From the NCBI RefSeq assembly GCF_963921235.1, contig NC_086097.1, positions 82,896,001 to 82,960,000 of the forward strand: a stretch of DNA of 64,000 nt, in the 5' to 3' direction. Each line of letters starts with the position of its first letter. The stretch's first letter is position 1. Below are positions 1 to 11,045 of this stretch, piece after piece. Origin of the DNA: Mobula hypostoma (lineage: Eukaryota). Under the pieces are notes generated by a model that saw only the letters and a program-made list of their open reading frames with translations, searched no databases and was not told the origin of the DNA. The translations under genes were made by a program, and so were the position numbers.

Positions 1-100
1 TGGGTACGCCTAGCAATTTCTAAGGTAGGGACATGTTCGGCACAACTTAGTCGGCTGAAGAGCCTGTATTGTGCTGTAGGTTTTCTATGTTACTATGCTT
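1..100 (+). mobile_element. CR1 LINE 3' end, same family as 2155-6441
   Basis: Matches 6350-6440 (ggacatgttc.gcaca...tattgtgctgtaggttttctatgt) and has a short ctatgt-type tail repeat. Confidence 0.8.
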
Positions 101-199
101 CAGAAGTTTTGAAGCGCTTATTAGAATTCTCAGATTAAAGTCAGATTGAAGATCATGGTCACCCAGATCATACAACGCAGCACATAATGATGATGATAA

Positions 200-590
200 T
201 GATTTTAAGAATAGGTTGGACAAACTTGGGTTGTTTTCTCTGGAGCAGCAGAGGCTGTGGGAAGATCTTCATAAGGTTGTGAGAGACAGAGTAGATATCT
301 GTATCAAAGGGCTGAAACATCTAATATTGGAGGGCAAGCATTTAAGATGAGAGGAATAAGTTCAAAAGAAATGTGTGGGGCAAGATTTTTTTTAAACAGA
401 GAGTTGGTAGTGGAGGCAGATGTGACAGAGATATTTTAAGAGGCTATTATATCAGCACATAAATGTGCTAAGAATGGAGGGATATGGAGCATGTGTAGAC
501 AAAAGAAATTAGTTTCGTCAGCCATTTAATTACCAGTTTAATTAGTTTGGAACAACATAGTGGACAAACATTCTATTCCTGTTTTATGTT
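200..590 (+). mobile_element. Degenerate CR1 3' fragment
   Basis: CR1 ORF2 C-terminal signature (LGLFSLE..RL.GDL; ttgttttctctggagcagcagaggctg). Confidence 0.7.
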
Positions 591-761
591 GCCCTGGGCC
601 TGGGCTAGTATCAAATCCGTTGTAACCTGCTCCAGTGACGTACCTGCTATGCTCCTGAAACTCCGCGTTCATGAACAAATAAATTTTTCGAAAATTATCA
701 TGCATGCTTCTATCCATATGTTAACTGATGATAAACCTTCGTTTTTTTTTTCCCTTTTTAG

Positions 762-958
762 TACTAGAAGTATGTCAGTTTGCAAGGGATGCTTCAGTTG
801 CTGAAGCATGGCTGATTTCTCAGGAGTCCTATCTCAGCAGCCGTGATATTGGCAACAGTGTGGATGCAGTTGAAAAGCTGATCAAGAGACATGAGGCATT
901 TGAAAAATCAACAGCTACATGGGATGAGAGGTTTGGTGCACTGGAAAGACTCACCACT
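762..958 (+). CDS. SPTB: Beta-spectrin internal exon (final, partial spectrin repeat; tetramerisation region). The gene begins upstream of the window.
   Basis: Pyrimidine tract and AG at 760-761; donor GTAAGT at 959. Encodes (x)[70 protein letters not shown] and EKST are SPTB-type residues as recalled (SPTBN1 has EVHQF/EKSA). Ends in phase 0. Confidence 0.93.
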
Positions 959-1359
959 GTAAGTAAAAACTAGGAGGTGCATTCAGCTTCACCCAAATGC
1001 TTTTATCTACCTTGGACAGTCTAGTAATAGTTCCCTGACAGTTCATTTTGATGCATGAGTAGTGCTTATGAAAGTGGCATCTTTCAGTGATGAAAGCATT
1101 GCTGTCTTTTGTTTAGACTAAAGTGCTGCAATCTACCTTTTTTAAATATCTGATTCCATCCATGTTTGGGCTTTAAACAGCAGACACAAATAATTTCATT
1201 TTGCCCCTTTAGAACACTTGCTGACTTTGATTAATCACTTCATACAAAATACTCGGAGCTGTTCAGAAGTGCACTTAAAAAAACAACATGCACTTCTGGA
1301 CTGCATTTAGATTTTGGAGTTTGAAGAAGGAATATACTAACTTTGTCATTTATTGACTG

Positions 1360-2154
1360 TAAAACCATAAGGTATAGGAGCAGAATTAGGTCTTTTGGCC
1401 CATCGAGTCTGCTCTTCCGTTTCATCATGGCTGAACCGATTTTCCTCTCAGCCCCAATCTCCTGCCTTCTCCATGTATCCCTTCATGCCCTGACCAATCA
1501 AGAATCTATCAACCTCTGCCTTAAATATAGATAAAGACTTGGCCTCCACAGCTGCCTGTGGCAAAGTATTTCACAGATTCACCACTCTCTGGCTAAAGAA
1601 ATTTCTCCCATCTGTGTTTCAAAAAGGATGCCCCTCTATTCTAGGGCTGTGTCTTCTGTTCTGAGACTGTCCCATCATAGGAAACATCCTCTCCACATCC
1701 ACTAGACACTAGACTCTAGAATACTACAGCACAGTACAGGCCCTTCGGCCCTCGATGTTGTGCCAACCCATATATTCCTTAAAAACTACGTACTAAACCC
1801 ACACTACCCCGTAACCCTCTATTTTTCTTTCATCCACGTGCCTGTCCAAGGGCTGTTAAATACCCCTAATGTTTTAGCCTCCACTCTATCAGGACCTTTC
1901 ACCATTCAACAGGTTTCTATGAGGTCACCCCTCATTCTTCTGAATTCATGAATACAGGCCCTAAGCCATCAAATGCTCTTCACATGACAAGCCATTCAAT
2001 CCTGGAAACATTTTTGTGAACCACCTCTGAACCCTCTCCAGTTTCAGCACATCCTTTCGAAGATATGGGGCCCAAAGCTGCTCATAATACTCCAAGTGAG
2101 GCCTCACCCATGCTTTATAAAGCCCAACATTACATCATTGCTTTTATATTCTAG
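1360..2154 (-). mobile_element. Older CR1, 3' part; host of two nested insertions and continued at 6442-6950
   Basis: Near-identical in layout to the copy at 24975-25460; antisense CR1 ORF2 C-terminus and 3' UTR. Confidence 0.85.
1704..1879 (-). mobile_element. Short 5'-truncated CR1 3' end nested in the older CR1
   Basis: Flanked by TCCACT at 1698-1703 and 1880-1885, with a ctagacactagactctaga tail repeat. The segment is absent from the homologous copy near 25310. Confidence 0.75.
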
Positions 2155-2160
2155 TTTAAA

Positions 2161-2388
2161 AGAGTTTAAAAGCAAGCAGAGTTGAAAAGGTGATGGTTAT
2201 TTCTTCAGCGGCTTGAACGAGGCACGACTGCGCAAGTGTGTGGAGGTTGGCCAGTTAGAACAGCGGGAAGAGTTTAAAAGTGAGCAGAGTTGAAAAGGGG
2301 ATAGTTATTTCTTCAGCAGCTTGAACAGGACACGACTACGCAAGCGCGTGGAGGTCAGCCAGTGAGAACAGCGGGAAGAGTTTAAAAA
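2161..2388 (+). repeat. Tandem 108-bp monomers in the CR1 5' UTR (two units plus the start of a third)
   Basis: agagtttaaaa begins at 2161, 2269 and 2377, and the units align along their length. Confidence 0.9.
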
Positions 2389-2523
2389 GAAGACAGGTTT
2401 ACAGAGTGGGCATCAGAGTAGTGGGAGACAGAGTAGGAAGGCTTTGGCTCAACGGGGCTTCAGCGATAAAGGGTCGAGGCGAGGTACGTTTATCTGTTTA
2501 GAATAGAGACAGAAAGTATATGT

Positions 2524-3453
2524 GTGAAGCCGGTTTTCTGTGCTTGGTGTCAGATGTGGGAGGTCCTGGAGACTCCCAGCCTCCCAGACGGCCACATCTG
2601 CACCAGGTGTGTCGAGCTGCAACTCCTTAGGGACCGCGTTAGGGAACTGGAGCTCCAGCTCGATGACCTTCGTCTAGTCAGGGAGAGTGAGGAGGTGATA
2701 GAGAGGAGCTATAGGCAGGTAGTCACTCCGGGGCCTGGGGAGACAGATAAGTGGGTAACAGTCAGGAGAGAGAAGGGCAAGAAGCAGATGCAAGGGAGTA
2801 CCCCAGTGGCTGTCCCCCTTACCAATAAATATTCCTGTTTGAGTATGGTTCGGGGAGACGGCCTACCTGGGGGAAGCAACAGTGGTCGTGCCTCTAGCAC
2901 AGAGTCTGGCCCTGTGGCTCAGAAGGGTAGGGAAAGGAAGAGGACAGCAGCAGTGACAGGGGACTCTATAGGTAGGGGGTCAGACAGGCAATTCTGTGGA
3001 CACAGGAAAGAAACACAGATGGTAGTTTCCCTCCCAGGTGCCAGGGTCTGGGATGTTTCTGATCACATCCACGATATCCTGAAGTGGGAAGGAGAACAGC
3101 CAAAGGTTGTAGTACATATTGGTACCAATGACATAGGTAGGAAAAGGGAGGAGGTCCTGAAAACAGACTACAGGGAGTTAGGAAGGAAGTTGAGAAGCAG
3201 GACCTCAAAGGTAGTAATCTTGGGATTACTGTCTGTGCCACGTGACAGTGAGTATAGAAATAGAGTGAGGTGGAGGATAAATGCGTGGCTGAGGGATTGG
3301 AGCAGGGGGCAGGGATTCAGATTTCTGGATCATTGGGACCTCTTCTGGGGCAGCTGTGACCTGTACAAAAAGGACAGGTTGCACTTGAATCTGAGGGGGA
3401 CCAATATCCTGGCGGGGAGGTTTGCAGAGGCTATTGGGGAGAGTTTAAACTAG
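2524..3453 (+). CDS. CR1 ORF1 protein (Cys zinc finger, leucine zipper, SGNH esterase); frame open
   Basis: CAWC..CTRC, heptad LRDRVRELELQLDDL, and SGNH blocks GDS, HIGTND and DRLH. The in-frame codon at 2518 is ATA, possibly a mutated start. Confidence 0.88.
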   Translation: MKPVFCAWCQMWEVLETPSLPDGHICTRCVELQLLRDRVRELELQLDDLRLVRESEEVIERSYRQVVTPGPGETDKWVTVRREKGKKQMQGSTPVAVPLTNKYSCLSMVRGDGLPGGSNSGRASSTESGPVAQKGRERKRTAAVTGDSIGRGSDRQFCGHRKETQMVVSLPGARVWDVSDHIHDILKWEGEQPKVVVHIGTNDIGRKREEVLKTDYRELGRKLRSRTSKVVILGLLSVPRDSEYRNRVRWRINAWLRDWSRGQGFRFLDHWDLFWGSCDLYKKDRLHLNLRGTNILAGRFAEAIGESLN

Positions 3454-3482
3454 AATTGCTGGGGGGTGGGAACTGAACTGAA

Positions 3483-6356
3483 GTGACGGAGGAAAGGAGG
3501 GTTGGCTCACAAATAGAGAAAGCTTGGATACAGTGTGAGAGGGAGGATAGGCATGTGATAGAGAAGGGGCGCACTCAGACCGATGGTTTGAGATGTGTCT
3601 ATTTTAATGCAAGGAGTATTATGAACAAAGCGGATGAGGTTAGAGTGTGGATCAGCATTTGGAGCTATGATGTTGTGGCCATTACAGAGACTTGGATGGT
3701 GCAGGGGCAGGAATCAAGTGCCATGCTTTAGATGTTTCAGAAAGGACAGGGAGGGAGGTGAAAGAGGTGGGGGCGTGGCATTGTTGATCAGAGATAGTGT
3801 CACGGCTGCAGAAAAGGAGAAAGGCACGGAGGGGTTGTCTACGGAGTCTCCGTGGGTGGACGTTAGGAACAGGAAGGGGTCAATAACTCCACTGAGTGTT
3901 TTTTATAGACCACCCAATAGTAACAGGGACATCGAGGAGCAGATAGGGAGGTGGATTCTGGAAAGGAGTAATAATAATAGGGTTGTTGTGGTGGGAGATT
4001 TTAATTTCCCAAATATAGATTGGCATCTTCCTAGAGTGGGGGGTTTAGATGGTGTGGAGTTTGTTAGGTGTGTTCAGGAAGGTTTCTTGACACAATATGT
4101 AGATAAGCCTACAAGAGGAGAGGCTGTACTTGATCCGGTATTGGGGAATGAACCTGGTCAAGTGTCAGATCTCTCAGTGAGAGAGCATTTTGAAGACAGT
4201 GATCACAATTTTACCTCCTTTACCATAGATTTGGAGAGAGATAGGAACAGACAAGTTAGGGAAATGTTTAATTAGAGTAAGGGGAAATATGAGGCTATCA
4301 GACAGGAAACTGGAAGCATAAATTGGAAGCAGATGTTCTCAAGGAAGCGTACAGAAGAAATGTGGCAAATGTTCAGGGGATATTTGCGTGGGGTTCTGCA
4401 TAGATACGTTCCAATGAGAGAGAGAAAGGATGGTAAGGTATAGGAACCATGCTGTACAAAGGCTGTTGTAAATCTAGTCAAGAAGAAAAGAAGAACTTAT
4501 GAAAGAAACTAGGTAATGATGGAGATCTCGAAGACTATAAGGCTAGCAGGAAGGAGCTTAAGAATGAAATTAGGAGAGCCAGAAGGGGCCATGAGAAGAT
4601 GTTGGCGGACAGGATTAAGGAAAACCCCAAGGCATTCTACAAGCATGTGAAGAGCAAGAGGATAAGACGTGAGAGAATAGGACCAATCAAGCGTAACACT
4701 GGAAAAGTGTGAGTGGAACCGGAGGAGATAGCAGAGGTACCTAATAAATACTTTGCTTCAGTGTTCACTACAGAAAAGGATCTTGGCGATTGTAGGGATG
4801 ACTTGCAGCAGAGTAAAAAGTTTGAGTATGTAGATATTAAGGAAGAGAATGTGCTGGAGCTTTTGGAAAGCATCAAGATGGATAAGTCACCGGGACCAGA
4901 TGATGGGATGTACCCCAGGCTACTATGGGAAGCGAGGGAGGAGATTGCTGAGACTCTGGCGATGATCTTTGCATCATCAATGAGGGCAGGAGAGGTTCCG
5001 GAGGATTGGAAGGTTGCCGATGTTGTTCCCTTATTCAAGAAAGAGAGTAGGGATAGCCCAGGAAATTATAGACCAGTGAGTCTTACTTCAGTGGTTGGTA
5101 AGTTGATAGAGAAGATCCTGAGAGGCAGGATTTATGAACATTTGGAGAGGCATAATATGATTAGGAATAGTCAACATGGTTTTGTCAAAAACAGGTCATG
5201 CCTTACGAGCCTGATTGAACTTTTTGAGGATGTGACTAAACACATTGATGAAGGTAGAGCAGTAGATGTAGTGTATATGGATTTTTGCAAGGCATTTAAT
5301 AAGGTAACCCATGCAAAGCTTATTGAGAAAGTAATGAGGCATGGGATCCAAGGAGACATTGCTTTGTGGATCCAGAACTGGCTTGCCCAAAGAAGGCAAA
5401 GAGTGGTTGTAGATGGGTTATTTCCTGCATGGAGGTCGGTGACCAATGGTGTGACTCAGGGATCTGTTCTGGGACCCCTACTCTCTGTGATTTTTATAAG
5501 TGTCCTGGATGAAGAAGTGGAGGGATGGGTTAATAAATTTGCTGATGAAACAAAGGTTGGGCGTGTTGTGAATAGTGTGGAGGGCTGTCAGAGGTTACAG
5601 CGGGACATTGATAGGATGCAAAACTGGGCTGAGAAGTGGCAGTTGGAGTTCAACCCAGATAAGTTTGAGGTGGTTCATTTTGGTAGGTCAAATATGATGG
5701 AAGAATATAGTATTAATGGCAAGACTCTTGGCAGTGTGAAGGATCAGAGGGATCTTGGGGTCCGAGTCCATAGGATACTCAAAGCTGCTATGCAGGTTGA
5801 CTCTGTGGTTAAGAGGGCATACGGAGCATTGGCCTTCATCAATCATGGGATTGAATTTAAGAGCTGAGAGGTAATGTTGCAGCTATATAGGACCCTAGTC
5901 AGACCCTACTTGGAGTACTGTGCTCAATTCTGGTTGCCTCACTACAGGAAGTATGTGGAAACCATAGAAAGGGTGCAGAGGAGATTTACAAGAATGTTGC
6001 CTGGATTGGGGACCATGCCTTATGAGAATAGGTTGAGTGAACTCAGCCTTTTCTCCTTGGAGCGAGGGAGGATGAGAGGTGACCTGATAGAGGTGTATAA
6101 GATGATGAGATGATTGATTGTGTGGATAGTCAGAGGCTTTTTCCAAGGGCTGAAGTGGCTAGCACAAGAGGGCACAGTTTTAGGGTGCTTGGAAGCAGGT
6201 ACAGAGAAGATGTCAGGGATAAGTTTTTTTATGCAGACTTTAGTGGATGCGTGGAATGGGCTTCCAGCGGTGGTTGTGGAGGTGGAAACAATAGGGTCTT
6301 TTAAGAGACTCCTGGATGGATACATGGAGCTTAGAAAAATGGAGGGCTATGGGTAA
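3483..6356 (+). pseudogene. CR1 ORF2 (APE endonuclease and reverse transcriptase), frameshifted
   Basis: Motifs NARS, ITETW, YRPP, GDFN, SDHN, NYRPVSLTS, DFCKAFNKV, QGSVLGP and FADE (consensus FADD). Split over several ORFs, with a premature TGA at 5865-5867. Confidence 0.93.
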
Positions 6357-6441
6357 GGCTAGGTAGCTCTAGGGTAAGGACATGTTCAGCACAGCTTTGT
6401 GGGTTGAAGGGCCTATATTGTGCTGTAGGTTTTCTATGTTT

Positions 6442-6950
6442 CCTCTTGAAATGAATGCTAACATCGTATTTGCTTTTCTCGCCACAGACGCAACCTGCAA
6501 ATCAATCATTAGGGAATTCTGCACAAGGACTCCCAAATCCCTTTGTACCTCAGTTTTTCGTATTTTCTCTCCATTTAGAAAATAGTCAGCACTTTCATTT
6601 CTTCTACCAAAGTGCATGACCATACATTTCCCAGCATTGTGTTCCATCTGCCACATTTTTGCCCATTCTCCTAATTTGTCTAAGTCCTTCTGTAGCCTAC
6701 TTCCTCAAAACTACCTGCCCCTCCAACTATCTTCATATCATCTATAGTCTTTGCAACAAAGCCATCAATTTCATCATCTAAATCATTAACATATAATGCA
6801 AAAAAATTGGTCTCAACACAGACCCCTGTTCAACACTACTAGTCACCATCTGCCAACCAGATAAGGGTCCCTTTGTTCCCTGTCCTTGCCTCCTGTCAAT
6901 CAGCCACTGTTTTATTCATGCTAGAATCTTTCCTGTAAAACCGTGGGGTC
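6442..6950 (-). mobile_element. Older CR1, RT portion (continuation of 1360-2154)
   Basis: The minus-strand ORF reads WQMEHNAGKCMVMHFGRRN...QRDLGVLV, a CR1 RT C-terminal motif. Confidence 0.85.
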
Positions 6951-7589
6951 ATGGAAATTTTTACAGTATTGCTGCCAGCTCCTGAATGACTCACTTCTGG
7001 CACTGATTTCCTTGGCCAGCTGTGCTGTGGGAGACCTGACACAGATTCGTACACTAGTTTTCTTGTAATTGTGGCCTGTTGATCATCTGTGAGCTTAATT
7101 TCTCCAACTTCTGTAGCCTTGCCTTTATAGTTGCCAAAGTCTTGGCTTGAGTATTCCTTTCCTAAAACTTTGCATACTCAACTGTTTTTTCTCTATTTTA
7201 CAATACTCTTAAAATTTAATTCTTTCACCGAGCTGCTCTTGCTTGTAGGGTAGTGTCCAATGTTGTGTTATAATAGTGCCTTGAGATGTTCTGCTATATT
7301 AAAAAAAACTTAAATGCATGTATTACTAGTTATAGATCCATATGTCTGTGGACACTGGGTTGGGAACCCCTATTCTAGATGTTGCTTTGGTTTTATAGAC
7401 AAATACATAGCTGTAAATCCATTACTTTCTTTAAATGTACTTGTTTCCTTTAATTCCTCCAACTTCCTGCTGGCTTCCATAATCACCTGGTCCACATTTA
7501 CTGGAGATTATGCTTATGCGGTTCACCAGATTGTGCAGTACTTTGCAAAAGTCTTCAGCACCCTAGATTTTTTTGATATGGGTTTCAGA

Positions 7590-7780
7590 TGGTATGGTCT
7601 CCATGGGGCCCTGATCTCAACATCATTGTGGCTTTCTGGGATTACCTGGAGAGACAGAAGCAAGTGAGACAGCCGAAGTCTGCAGAAGAACTGTAGCAAG
7701 TTCTTCAAGATGCTTGGAACAACTGACTAACCGATTTTCTTATAAAACTGCATAACAGTGTAGTGTACCTAAGAGAATTG
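7590..7780 (+). mobile_element. Tc1-like transposase C-terminal relic
   Basis: Manual translation gives PDLNIIVAFWDYLERQKQVRQPKSAEEL*QVLQDAWNN, matching the Tc1 SPDLNPIE..W motif. Confidence 0.7.
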
Positions 7781-7890
7781 GAAACAAGAGAAAATCTGCA
7801 GATGCTGGAAATCCAAACAACACACACAAAATGCTGGAGGAACTCAGCAGGCCAGGCAGCCATTTATGGAAAAGAGTAGAGTTGATGCTT
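7781..7890 (-). mobile_element. Penelope-terminus-derived short repeat
   Basis: acacacaaaatgctggaggaactcagcaggccaggcagc is shared with the PLE ends at 31700-31745, 53070-53150 and 59722-59770. Confidence 0.75.
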
Positions 7891-8059
7891 CTTTGTTTCT
7901 AATTCTCCTACTTTACTCTTTCTCTCCCTCTTGACAGTTGATACATGCTTGTTGGGATTGAATCATTTAAACTACAATGACCTCACAAGGAGTGAATTAG
8001 CCTTTTTAAATAGTGCTTATCTGTTGTTTGACCGAGAACTCGCCAACAACTCTGTTGTA

Positions 8060-8946
8060 CCAATTACAACGATTTTTTTTTCAGAAATCTTGTTTCTTGA
8101 GAATTTCTTTGTTTTTCTGATAGACCATTTGAAGCTGAACACAATTATAATTTTAGACTACTCATATCACGTAGAAATTTTGAGAAACAAGAAATTAACT
8201 TTTATTGGATATAATGTGCTTAATTACATAATGGTGCTGACACTTTGCAATGGTTCAACAGAGCCAAAAATGTTTTTTTTTGATGATTTTCATTTGTCCT
8301 CAGTATCTGAGACTTTTTGCTTAAGTGTCTAACAATAATCAGCCAGCATTGATGGATTCCAGTTGCCCTGATACAGTTTCTCCACAAACTCAATGCAAGG
8401 AAGAAGTCTAAATGGGAATGCAGGAAATGAATCTTCAGTGACATGTTGTTCTCGCGGTTTAGTACGCTTGAAGCATGTCGTCAACCAGCCGCATGTAGTT
8501 TGATGCACTGTAGTTGGCAAGAAAATTTTCAACGGTATTGTTGAATGGCTTCCATTTGATTTTCTCCAGTTCCACTAGAAGTTATTCAAATTGCTTGTCA
8601 TTGATGACCTGTTTGATTTGTGGACCAACAAAGATGGCTTCCTTAGTTTTGACATCAGTTATTCTGGGAAACAGCTATTGAAATCTTTTGTGGAAAATTA
8701 GAGCCTTTCTTTAACCTGTCCTACCATGCACCATTTGCCCTGCCTAAGCATGCCTGGACAAGATAGAAAACTCTTCAGCTTATATTGTGGACAAGATTTT
8801 AATTGACTTGAATTATGAACTAAAATAACAAATATCGGCAAGTTCAAAAAAAGGAATGGCGTGTAATATTGAAATTTCATGGTGATTTTCATGATCAGCA
8901 ACCCAAAATCCATATGATAATTACCCAAAGTATTTGTTGTCCAGTG
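8060..8946 (-). mobile_element. Internally deleted Chapaev3-like (CMC superfamily) DNA transposon relic
   Basis: Minus-strand peptides FPRITDVKTKEAIFVGPQIK, MSLKIHFLHSHLDFF and YQGNWNPSMLADYC. The right end is ttgttgtccaGTG|taa. The family name is from recalled motifs. Confidence 0.65.
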
Positions 8947-9081
8947 TAAAATAATGAAAATAATTTTATACCAAAGAATTTCCTGCAATGTCTTTGGTAT
9001 TTTTCTGAAATCATAATTATTCTTTTGTGACTTTGCAGAACATTCAATATGATATACACTTATGCTGTTTCTGTCTTATAG

Positions 9082-9203
9082 TTGGAGTTACTGGAGGTTC
9101 AGAAAAGACAAGAAGCTGCCAGGCAGAGCAAGGAAGCCCAAGTACAGCCTGAGGCACAACTAGATCCTGAACAAAAAATACCTGATGCAACTCATGAAGA
9201 GAA
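9082..9203 (+). CDS. SPTB: Beta-spectrin exon following the last repeat (LELLEVQKRQEAARQSKEAQVQPEAQLDPEQKIPDATHEE)
   Basis: Acceptor ttctgtcttatAG at 9080-9081 and donor GTGAGT at 9204. The phase 0 start fits the previous exon, and LELLEV is the beta-spectrin motif that follows ERLTT. 122 nt, ends in phase 2. Not in the ORF track on this strand. Confidence 0.88.
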
Positions 9204-9454
9204 GTGAGTATTAATATTCCGGGTGGCAACTTTGTAGTTTCTGTAGAAATTGATGTCAAGGAATGTAGAGAAAGGATTAGGTATGGAAAGTGGTTGTAGC
9301 TCTGTTGAGGATGACATTTCTAAACCAAATCCTGATTTTTGACTTGCCTCCTCCTGTCAAAAATGGATCAATGTAGGTTTACTGCCCACCAGATGAATGA
9401 GCCCATCTTTCTGGATAGTGTCACATATAATGTAGCTTCAAGGAGACATCTTTT

Positions 9455-10500
9455 ACATTGCAGAGTGTGAAGTGATTCACATTGGAAGGTCAAATTTGAA
9501 AGCAAAATCCAGGGTTAATAGCAGGATCTTTAGCAGTCTGGAGGTACAGATCTTGAGGTTCATATCCATAGATCCCTCAAAGTTTCCACATAAGTTGATA
9601 GGGTTGTTATGGTGTGTTGGCCTTCTATACTCAAGGGATTGAGTTCAAGAGCTGCAAGTTAATGTTGCAGCTCTATAAACTCCAGTGAGACCACACTTGG
9701 AATATTATGTCCAGTTCAGACTACCTTATTACAGGAAGAATATGGAAGCTTTAGAACGAGTGCAGAAGATTTATCAGGATTTGCCAGGATCGGAGAGAGT
9801 GCGGTAGAACAGAGGGATCTGGGAATATAGATCCATAATTGCTAAATATGGCATCACAGGAAGATATGGTCATAAAGAGTCATTTTGGTACATTGGCCTT
9901 CATAAATCAGAATATTGAATACCGGAGTTGGGATGTTATGTGAAAGTTGTATAAGATGTTGGTGATGCCAAATTTGGAGTACTGTGTGCAGTTCTGGTCA
10001 CCTACCCATAGAAAAAAATATCAATAAGATTGAAAGAGCTCGGAGAAAATTTGCAAGGGTTTTGCTGGGACTTGAGTTTCAGAGGAAAATTAATATGTTA
10101 GGGCTTTTTTCCCTAGAGAAGAGAAAAATAAGGGGAAATTTAACAGAATTATACAGAATTATGAGAGATATTGATAGGATAAATGCAAGCAGAATTTTTT
10201 TCACTGAAATTGGGAGAGAGTTCAACTAGAGTTCATAGGTTAAGGGTGAAAGGTGAAATATTTAAGGGCAGCCTGAGGAGGAACTTCTTTGCTCAGAGGA
10301 TGGTGAGAATGTGGAATGACCTGTCAGCAGAAATAATGGATGGGGTTCGATTACAACATTTAAGAGAAGTTTGGATGGGTACATTGGTATTGAAGGTTAT
10401 AGTCCAAGTGTGGATTGATGGGACTAGGCAGTATAACAGTTCAACACAGACTAGATGCGCCAAAGAGCCTGTTTCCATCCGGTAGTATTCTATAAGACTA
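9455..10500 (+). mobile_element. Two stacked degenerate CR1 3' fragments
   Basis: The RDLG / RPHLEYCVQFW-like segment occurs twice (about 9540-9790 and 9810-10500), followed by LGLFSLEKR and a ttctataagactatg tail. Confidence 0.8.
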
Positions 10501-10765
10501 TGTCACTAAAACAAGTCATAGTGTTGTAGAACACAGAACTGTGCCTGTCACTTACCATATCCATGCCAATATTATTATCAATGTACACCAATTCCAATTG
10601 CCTGAATTAGGACTTTTCCTAAAATCTGATCAATTCTACTGTATTTAGATGTTAAGCACATAACCTTTTGAAAGTAATTTTGTTTATTTTCTTTTCAGAC
10701 ATAAAACACAGAATAGAAATGTTCCAGAGCCATGTTGATAGATAACACTTTCTCCTTTCCCTTAG

Positions 10766-10844
10766 GGCACAGAAAGAGGGGTGGAACATGGAAGTTCAGG
10801 AGGCAGCAGAAATAACCCCTCATGTAACAGAAGAACCATCACTG
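10766..10844 (+). CDS. SPTB: Beta-spectrin linker exon ((K)AQKEGWNMEVQEAAEITPHVTEEPSL) ending at an internal alternative donor
   Basis: Acceptor ttctcctttcccttAG at 10764-10765 and donor CTG|GTCAGT at 10845. It starts in phase 2 and ends in phase 0, which bridges the exon ending 9203 (phase 2) and the exon starting 41488 (phase 0). Confidence 0.8.
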
Positions 10845-10898
10845 GTCAGTTACCAATCTAAATTCTGTCATAGTTCTCATCGTTTCAAGGCAACCTAG
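10845..10898 (+). CDS. SPTB: Read-through extension giving a short, PH-less C-terminus VSYQSKFCHSSHRFKAT*
   Basis: The frame stays open through the GTCAGT donor to TAG at 10896-10898. It begins VS, like the short mammalian tails of SPTB (VSLWSR..) and SPTBN1 (VSYRSQ..) as recalled. AATAAA lies at 11046-11051. Confidence 0.65.
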   Translation, partial: VSYQSKFCHSSHRFKAT

Positions 10899-11045
10899 AG
10901 TGCCAACTGTCATCCTCTCTCAGCCCCTCTTGTTTTGGCGGTTTGTCCTTTATTTTAATCTTTCACCTATTTTCCTCAGCTACAAAAGTGTTTTAAAATT
11001 TAAAGAAAAGATGATGACCATGCAGCGATAAAAATTAAAAATGAA

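Larger units (their letters stand above)
2155..6441 (+). mobile_element. Essentially full-length CR1 LINE (5' UTR, ORF1, disrupted ORF2, 3' tail)
   Basis: ORF1 esterase, APE endonuclease and RT motifs occur in order, ending in ttttctatgtt. The antisense host CR1 resumes on both sides (ttatattctag | tcctcttgaaatg). Confidence 0.95.

Noticed and set aside
2161..2388. CRISPR-like array
   Set aside because: The units are whole tandem duplicates with no unique spacers, in a eukaryotic LINE 5' UTR.
7314..8332. Hydrophobic ORFs (7314-7667, 7931-8332) resembling membrane proteins
   Set aside because: They are a by-product of T-rich intron and transposon sequence, with no splice or domain support.
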